Origin: Spirochaetia bacterium
GTDB taxonomy: Bacteria > Spirochaetota > Spirochaetia > SZUA-6 > Bin103
Direction: 5' to 3'
Assembly: GCA_965203905.1 (NCBI GenBank)
Contig: CBDBDQ010000005.1
Span: forward strand, 7,008,001-7,072,000
DNA length: 64,000 bases
A program made the position numbers and the translations under genes. Below the pieces are notes generated by a model. That model had not been told where the DNA came from. It ran no database searches and worked only from the letters and a program-made list of their open reading frames with translations. Numbering within the stretch: position 1 is the stretch's first letter; every line of letters starts with the position of its first letter. Positions 57,719 to 64,000 of this stretch are shown in pieces.

Positions 57719-59152
57719 ATGAGTGAGCGGCTTACATTGCATGCCGCCCGGCGGCCCAACGTGGTGTGGGTGTTCGGCGACCAGCACCGCGCCCACGCCA
57801 CCAGCTACCGCGGCGACGGCAACGTGTTCACGCCCAACATCGACAACCTGGCGCGCGAGGGGATGCGCTTCGACTGCGCGGTGGCGGGTGCGCCGTGGTG
57901 CACGCCGTTTCGTGGCGCGCTGCTGACGGGACGCTACCCGCACCAGAGCGGCGTGGTGGCAAACGGGTGTCCTCTGTCACCGGAGCTGCCCACGGTGGCC
58001 CACGCCTTCGCCGACGCCGGCTATCACACCGCCTACGTCGGCAAGTGGCACCTGGACGGCACCAACGACCGCGACCACTACGTGCCGCCGGAGCGCCGTG
58101 GCGGCTTTCACTACTGGATGGGCAACGACGCCGCCAACAACCAGCACGAGTGCTACGCATTCGGCACCGACAGCGAGACGCCGGTGCGGCTGCCCGGCTA
58201 CGAGACCGATGCCTGGAGCGATCTCCTGCTCCAGCACCTGCGCGCTCACGTCGGCGCTACGGGACGGGGCGGCCCGCCCTGCCCCGCCGGAGGCGACAGC
58301 GCCGAAGCCGATTATCAGCCGTTCTTCGCGGTGCTCTCCGTGCAGCCGCCCCATGGACCCAACGTCCCCCCGACCAATCCCGCCTACGGCGCTCCCCGCA
58401 TCCACCCGGCGACGCTGCGCCTGCGACGTAACGTTCCCGACGTACCCTGGATCCGGGAGAAGACGCGCCTGGGGCTGGCCGGCTACTACGCCATGGTCGA
58501 GAACCTGGACTACAACATCGGCCGCATCCGCCACGCCCTCACCACGCTGGGAGTGGACCGCGACACCTACCTGGTCTTCTTTTCGGACCATGGCGACATG
58601 ATGGGCAGCCACGGCCAGTTCGGGAAATCCAGTCCCTGGGAGGAGTCGATCCGGATCCCGTTCCTGGTGCATCGCGCCGGCGGCTCCTACCACATGCGCA
58701 CCGGCGTCTGCGATGCACCGATCAATCACGTCGACATCGCCCCGACGACGCTCGGGCTCTGCGGCATCCCGGTTCCCGAAACGATGGTGGGCTACGACTA
58801 CTCCGCCCACTGCAATCGCCCCGACGCGCCCGAGTACACCGGGCCGCCGCGGCCGGAGCGCGAGCCGCAGAGCGCCTACCTGCAGCAGGTTACACCCAAG
58901 CTGATGCGCCACACGGTGAACCGGCCCTGGCGCGCGGTGGTGACCCGCGACGGCTGGAAGTACGCCTGCGCACCCGGCCACGACTGGCTCCTGTTCAACA
59001 CCGTCGAGGATCCCTGCGAGCAGGCCAACTACGTCTACGACCGGGCCTTTCAGTCGCAGAAGGAACGCTGCCACCGCCTCCTGGCCGACTGGATCGCCGC
59101 CACCGGCGACCGCTTCCCCCTACCGGAGATCGCCCTGGACCGGGACACCTGA
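57719..59152 (+). CDS. Formylglycine-dependent sulfatase (paralog of 28023-29462)
   Basis: PNVVWVFGDQHR, CTPFR, GKWHL, SDHG; start at ATG 57719. Confidence 0.93.
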   Translation: MSERLTLHAARRPNVVWVFGDQHRAHATSYRGDGNVFTPNIDNLAREGMRFDCAVAGAPWCTPFRGALLTGRYPHQSGVVANGCPLSPELPTVAHAFADAGYHTAYVGKWHLDGTNDRDHYVPPERRGGFHYWMGNDAANNQHECYAFGTDSETPVRLPGYETDAWSDLLLQHLRAHVGATGRGGPPCPAGGDSAEADYQPFFAVLSVQPPHGPNVPPTNPAYGAPRIHPATLRLRRNVPDVPWIREKTRLGLAGYYAMVENLDYNIGRIRHALTTLGVDRDTYLVFFSDHGDMMGSHGQFGKSSPWEESIRIPFLVHRAGGSYHMRTGVCDAPINHVDIAPTTLGLCGIPVPETMVGYDYSAHCNRPDAPEYTGPPRPEREPQSAYLQQVTPKLMRHTVNRPWRAVVTRDGWKYACAPGHDWLLFNTVEDPCEQANYVYDRAFQSQKERCHRLLADWIAATGDRFPLPEIALDRDT

Positions 59153-59168
59153 CAGGTCAGTCGATCCA

Positions 59169-59984
59169 TCAGGCCTTGGACGAGGCCCTCTGCGAGATGT
59201 GCCATGGGATCAGGATTCGTTCCAGACCCTCTACCGTGTAGTAGAGCGCAAGCCCGAGCACGGTGAGCACGGTGATGGCGGCGAACGAGTAGTCGGTCTG
59301 GAGATCCCCGTTGGCGGTGAGGATAATGTACCCGAGACCTGAATCGGAACCGATGAACTCGCCGATGATCGCTCCGATGGTGGCGGAGATCGCGGCCAGC
59401 CTGAAGCCGGCGAAGAAGGTCGGCAGCGCACTGGGCAGCCGCACCCTGAGGAAGACGTCGATAGCCCTCGCTCCTGTCGACCGGGTCAGGTTTATCACCT
59501 CCTGGTCGATGGAACGCAGGCCGACGATGCCGTTGATCACCACCGGAAAGAACGAGAGCAGGAACACGATCATGATCTTGGGCGGCAACCCGAAACCGAA
59601 CCAGATCACGAAGATCGGGGCCAGGGCGACCTTCGGAATGACCTGGAAGAAGAGTATCAGGGGGTACACCGAACGCTGCATGAACGTGGAGTAGGCGATC
59701 GGAAGAGACAACAGGATTCCGGATGCCACGGCAACGACGTAGCCGATCAGCAGACTGCGCATGGTGAACAACAGGGCGAAGAAGAGCTCGGAATGGTATT
59801 TCAACAGCGCCAGGAAAATTTCGCTTGGCGGTGGCAGGATGTAGGACCTGACCTCGAACACGACCACAGCCAGCTCCCAGAGCAGGAAGAACACCAGGAA
59901 CGAAACTGCCGTTTGCGTCTTCCGGTTCCAGATCAGCCGCAGGATCGTGCGCGGTTTTCTGTCGCCGACACTGGACGCGTTCAC
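59169..59984 (-). CDS. NitT/TauT-family ABC permease
   Basis: ILPPPS, IPKVALAP, RLPSALP, IGEF..S..GLG. Confidence 0.92.
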   Translation of the reverse strand: MNASSVGDRKPRTILRLIWNRKTQTAVSFLVFFLLWELAVVVFEVRSYILPPPSEIFLALLKYHSELFFALLFTMRSLLIGYVVAVASGILLSLPIAYSTFMQRSVYPLILFFQVIPKVALAPIFVIWFGFGLPPKIMIVFLLSFFPVVINGIVGLRSIDQEVINLTRSTGARAIDVFLRVRLPSALPTFFAGFRLAAISATIGAIIGEFIGSDSGLGYIILTANGDLQTDYSFAAITVLTVLGLALYYTVEGLERILIPWHISQRASSKA

Positions 59985-60769
59985 TTCCGCAACACGCCCT
60001 GTTTCAGGAACGCCCGCTTGATCTGTTCGACCAGACGGGTGAAGCGCTCACCTTCGACCGCGCCCTGGTACCGTGGGCGGGGCAGATCCACGGACAGTTC
60101 CTGGTAGATTCTGCCCGGTCGCGGAGTCATCACGATGATTCGGTCGGCGAGCTGAACCGCCTCCGCCACACTGTGGGTGATGAACAGCACGGTCTTCCTG
60201 GTGGTCAGCCAGATCTTTTCCAGATCGATACAGAGCTGATCGCGAGTGAGCGCGTCGAGCGCGCCGAACGGTTCGTCCATCAACAGCAATGGGGGATCGT
60301 GGAGCAGCGCGCGACAGATGGCACAGCGTTGCTTCATGCCCCCGGAGAGCTCGTAGGGATGTGCCCGTTCGAAGCCGTCCAGGGACACCATCGAAATCAG
60401 CTCGCGGGCGCGAGCTGCATAGCGGTTGCGGGGCAGGCGCCGCATGTCGATCTGGAACAGGATATTGTCCAGCGTGGTGAGCCAGTCCAGCAGCACGTGG
60501 TTCTGGAACACGATCCCCACATCGGTGAACGGCCCCTGGACCCGCTCGCCCCGTATGGTCACCGTGCCGGCACTGGCCGCAAGCAAGCCGGCCACAAGCA
60601 TCATCAAGGTGCTCTTGCCGCATCCGCTTGGGCCCACGACCGCAACGAACTCACCGTCCGGCACCGTCATGCTGAAGTCGTCGAGCGCGTGAACGCTGCC
60701 TTTGTCCGACTGAAAGGTTTTGCTCAGACGCTCGACGGAAAGGAACGGGTCAGGCCCCTCGCGACCCAC
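59981..60769 (-). CDS. NitT/TauT-family ABC ATP-binding protein
   Basis: GPSGCGKST, LSGGMKQR, MDEPFGALD. Confidence 0.93.
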   Translation of the reverse strand: MGREGPDPFLSVERLSKTFQSDKGSVHALDDFSMTVPDGEFVAVVGPSGCGKSTLMMLVAGLLAASAGTVTIRGERVQGPFTDVGIVFQNHVLLDWLTTLDNILFQIDMRRLPRNRYAARARELISMVSLDGFERAHPYELSGGMKQRCAICRALLHDPPLLLMDEPFGALDALTRDQLCIDLEKIWLTTRKTVLFITHSVAEAVQLADRIIVMTPRPGRIYQELSVDLPRPRYQGAVEGERFTRLVEQIKRAFLKQGVLRK

Positions 60770-60784
60770 GGAAGTCTAGTTAGT

Positions 60785-61783
60785 TTACGGGAGGAATTCG
60801 TTGGTAAAGAATTCCTCCGCGTTGATCTCTCCCTCGAGGTCGCGGTACTTGGACATGATGTCGACCGTCATCTGCCAGTCGCCGGGGCAGTTGTAGAGGA
60901 TCGCCACGCCCTGGCAGTTGGGCGAGCCCATGCGCGAGTAGTACGCTTCTCCCTGCTGCTTGGCGACGTCGACCTTGAGCTCCTTCTTGATACCCACCAG
61001 CAGCTCCATGGCCTGATCGTAGTTGTCATCCAGGGCCTCGTGGCTGCGCTTGGTAGCGCGCAGGAAGCGTCGGATAAGGTCGGGGTTGTCCGTGACTGTG
61101 TCATGGTGAACGAAGATGCCCAGATTGAGAATGTTGACGCCGTAGTCGGCGAACTTCAGGCTCACCACCTCGAAACCGCGATCTTCCATGATCACGCTCT
61201 GGTCGCCGGCCGCTCCCAGCAGCGCGTCGGTCTTGCCCTCCAGGACGGTTGGAATCTTGGCCGCGGCATCGACATAGATCAGGTCGATCTTGGACTCGTC
61301 CAGGTTGTTGGCAGCCACCACCGCCGGAAAGATCTGCGTGAGTGCGTCACCCGCCGTCACCGCCAGCTTCTTGCCCTCCAGGTCCTGCATGTTGCGGATC
61401 CCGCTGTCCTTGCGCGCGACCACGGCCAGCGCCGAGGTCGGCGTAACCATCGCCACCGATATGATGGGCAGTCCCTGGGCCATGATCGGGACTAAGGCGG
61501 TCGCGTCTGCCAGTCCGAAGTCCTCCGACTTGTTGCCAACGAGTTGCCCCGTCGTCACCGAGCCGTTGCCTTCCAGGACCTGCAGATCGATGCCTTCTTC
61601 CTCGTAGAAGCCAAGTTCTTTTCCGAGCAGGTACACGGCATGGGGACCGGAGAACTTCCAGTTCATCCGGAACGTAACCGGAGTGAGTTCCTCGGTGGCG
61701 CCCTCGCTCTGCCCCTCGCCGAACATCGGCATTGCCGGCAGCAGCAGCGCCACCAGTACCAACGACACGCAGGTTCTCTTCAT
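60785..61783 (-). CDS. NMT1/THI5-like ABC substrate-binding protein
   Basis: AGGAGGAG RBS before MKRT.., signal peptide, NW...G.H, GFYEEEGIDL, DLEGKK. Confidence 0.9.
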   Translation of the reverse strand: MKRTCVSLVLVALLLPAMPMFGEGQSEGATEELTPVTFRMNWKFSGPHAVYLLGKELGFYEEEGIDLQVLEGNGSVTTGQLVGNKSEDFGLADATALVPIMAQGLPIISVAMVTPTSALAVVARKDSGIRNMQDLEGKKLAVTAGDALTQIFPAVVAANNLDESKIDLIYVDAAAKIPTVLEGKTDALLGAAGDQSVIMEDRGFEVVSLKFADYGVNILNLGIFVHHDTVTDNPDLIRRFLRATKRSHEALDDNYDQAMELLVGIKKELKVDVAKQQGEAYYSRMGSPNCQGVAILYNCPGDWQMTVDIMSKYRDLEGEINAEEFFTNEFLP

Positions 61784-61866
61784 GAGTCGTCTCCTCCTGT
61801 CGCCGCCTGGCTCTCGACACCGGCGGCGAGATCCGCCGGACAGTAGATAATCCCGCCTCGCGCGTG

Positions 61867-62745
61867 TCAACCTTGCCCTTTGGTGACTCTGGTGACGCCG
61901 GCAGCGGGGCCATCTCCGGCTACCGTGTCCCGCTGCACTTCGGTCACCCTGCCAGGAAACGTGGTGCCGCGCACCCACATGACCGGCACGCCCGTGCCGG
62001 CGCGTTCCGGGTGTGTCCAGCGTGCCTGCGCGCTGAGGTAGTGGGACACGTAGCTGCGGCGAAAGCGGCCGCTGTGGTTGTCCGTGCTCTTGTGCAGCAG
62101 GTGGCTGTGGAACCAGATCACGGTTCCCGGCGCCGCCTCCAGGGCAACTCCCTCTTCGTCACGGGTGCCGCGGGCGAGCTTGAACTCCGACTGCTGGGAT
62201 CCGGCCAGCTCGTCATGATCGGCGATGGGCCGCCGGTGGCTGCCGGGAATCACGTAGAGGCAGCCGTTGCCGCGGTCGGCGGCATCGACCGCGGTCCAGG
62301 TGCCGACCGTGGTCTCGGTAACGAAGCGTTGGCGAAAGTAGAACATGTCCTGGTGCCACGGGAAGCCGAGCCCGATCTGCGGGGCCTTCCAGATGTAGAG
62401 GTTGTTGATGCCGAGGACGTCGGGACCGAGCAGATCGACGATGGGATCGGTCAGCCGCGGATCGCGCACCCGTTGCAGGAACTCGGCCACATAGCAGCTC
62501 GGGAAGTGGATCTTGTGCATGCCGTGGATCCCGGGACGCTGTTCCTTGCCGTCGCGCACCAGGGCGTTGCGGTCGATATGAGCCTCCGGAAACGCGCGCG
62601 CGCCGGCAACGATCTCCTCCGCCACCGTGTTCAGAAGATCGTTCTCCTCGCCGCTGAAGACATTCTCGCGCAGGAAGAATCCATCGCGCTGCCACGCCTC
62701 CCGCTCGTCTTCGGTCAGTCGGAACTGTCGCTCTGCCATTGTCAC
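61867..62745 (-). CDS. Phytanoyl-CoA dioxygenase (PhyH) family enzyme
   Basis: PWHQD, NGCLYVIPGSH, FHSHLLHKS..N.S.RFRR. Confidence 0.9.
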   Translation of the reverse strand: MTMAERQFRLTEDEREAWQRDGFFLRENVFSGEENDLLNTVAEEIVAGARAFPEAHIDRNALVRDGKEQRPGIHGMHKIHFPSCYVAEFLQRVRDPRLTDPIVDLLGPDVLGINNLYIWKAPQIGLGFPWHQDMFYFRQRFVTETTVGTWTAVDAADRGNGCLYVIPGSHRRPIADHDELAGSQQSEFKLARGTRDEEGVALEAAPGTVIWFHSHLLHKSTDNHSGRFRRSYVSHYLSAQARWTHPERAGTGVPVMWVRGTTFPGRVTEVQRDTVAGDGPAAGVTRVTKGQG

Positions 62746-62900
62746 TCTCGAAACTACACCGGGTCGCCGCGGCTGCCAACTTCCGGCGCCGGAGCACTCA
62801 CCAGATAGATCGCGGTGCCCAGAGATTCAGCAACTCGACCACGGCGCGGCCGCCGCGATGGCCGCCGCCGCCTGCTCCAGGCACGCCTGCTTCTCAATCA

Positions 62901-63926
62901 TCACTCATTACTCGTGCCTCCTGTCGCGGCGGCAAACGGCAGCGTCTCCATCGCCGAGCGATGGGCCTTGAGCCATGTCGTCGAGTGGCGCATTTCCTCC
63001 ATACGCTCCGGACCAGGCCCCCGTCCTTCGGCGAGAGATCGTCCGTAGTGCCAGATCACGGAGACCGTGTCGCGCAGGATCGTGGCATCCACCAGCGCCG
63101 ATATCTCGCGCTCGGTGAGGGTCACGAAACGGGAGTAGCCGCGGCTGAAGCCGGCTCCGTTGATCCAGGAGTCCTCGTGCTCCCAGATGCGCATGCTGAA
63201 CTTCAGTCCCGAGGCGACATCCAGCACCCGGATCTCAGGGAGGGCGAACTCGAAGTCCAGGATGGCGCTGATGCAGCCCCGGTGACAGAGGGTGTTGCTC
63301 GGCGCGAAGTCGCCATGAATCACCTGCCGCGGCAGCAACGGACAGGTCTGTCTGATGAATCTGCTCGTCTCCCGATACTCGGCGCGCCACCAGGCGCACA
63401 GGTCCGCGAGCCACGGATGCGGCCGCCAGCCGAGGTCCGCCGGGGTGAGTGCTTCGGGGTGGGGGATGCGGGGGTGAACGTCGGCCAGGTCGCCAAAGCC
63501 GGGCATGCCGGGGCGCGGCGCCGTGGAACACGCGCGCAACGCGCGGTGCAACTCGCCGAGGGCGGCGCCAACGGCTTCCAGGTGCGTGGGGTTGCCGTGG
63601 TCGGGGCGCTCGCCGGCGAGCAGCGGCAGCAGCGCGCAGTAGCCGGTGCCGTCGTGCACCCAGGTCGCGCCCGCGGCGGACGCGACCGGCGCCGGCAGCG
63701 AGAAGGAGAGGCCGCGGCCCTGCAACCAGGTCAGCAGGTCATGCTGGTAGCGCAGCCCCGCCGCTCCGTGCGGTACGGCGTAGCGCTTGAGCACGTAGCG
63801 GCCGGCCCCGGTGCGCACCCCCAGCGTGGTGTTGTTGGTGCCCGCGGCGGGCAGCGCAAAGGTGGTGACGGGCGGGACCAGGTCGTAGTGCCGCAGCGCG
63901 CTCGCGCCCGGTGGGTTGACCGGCAT
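62901..63926 (-). CDS. APH/homoserine-kinase-type II-like phosphotransferase
   Basis: GTNN, YVLKRY, LGELH, IHGDFAPSN, ILDFE. Confidence 0.88.
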   Translation of the reverse strand: MPVNPPGASALRHYDLVPPVTTFALPAAGTNNTTLGVRTGAGRYVLKRYAVPHGAAGLRYQHDLLTWLQGRGLSFSLPAPVASAAGATWVHDGTGYCALLPLLAGERPDHGNPTHLEAVGAALGELHRALRACSTAPRPGMPGFGDLADVHPRIPHPEALTPADLGWRPHPWLADLCAWWRAEYRETSRFIRQTCPLLPRQVIHGDFAPSNTLCHRGCISAILDFEFALPEIRVLDVASGLKFSMRIWEHEDSWINGAGFSRGYSRFVTLTEREISALVDATILRDTVSVIWHYGRSLAEGRGPGPERMEEMRHSTTWLKAHRSAMETLPFAAATGGTSNE

Positions 63927-64000
63927 GTCTCTATGGTGAGGATAGTCAGCATGCCACGAGAACTGATAGCGCCCGAGCGCGAGCGGGTCGCGTTCCGCGA

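Overview
GC-rich bacterial chromosomal window. The spirochaete-type 'A/G.GA.EE' binding-protein leaders, AAA-ATPase/PD-(D/E)XK genes, DDHG-type PPC lipoprotein and stand-alone Cache protein suggest a Spirochaetaceae-like host-associated (possibly sponge) symbiont; this is inference only. The backbone is catabolic: five ABC uptake clusters, sulfatases, PhyH-type dioxygenases, APH-like kinases, a GH172/DUF2961 enzyme, a beta-helix protein, a lyase-like protein, a sialidase-like protein and two beta-propeller paralogs. Accessory cargo is interleaved: type I R-M hsdM/hsdS, a RHH-PIN toxin-antitoxin pair, an orphaned HigA-like antitoxin, an IS1380 remnant, MITE/REP elements, an HNH endonuclease and a two-gene ATPase plus STAND-like/TPR module. 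The most unusual signals are (i) that two-ATPase operon with its own promoter and twin operator-like palindromes, (ii) an HNH gene whose linker carries in-frame DNA palindromes and which lies just upstream of a toxin gene missing its 5' part, and (iii) several 'telescoped' gene remnants made of short patches of neighbouring genes, which mark the PhyH-sulfatase-GH172 block as a repeatedly duplicated insertion hotspot. No rRNA, tRNA or CRISPR array was seen. All assignments come from reading motifs by eye; no database search was run.
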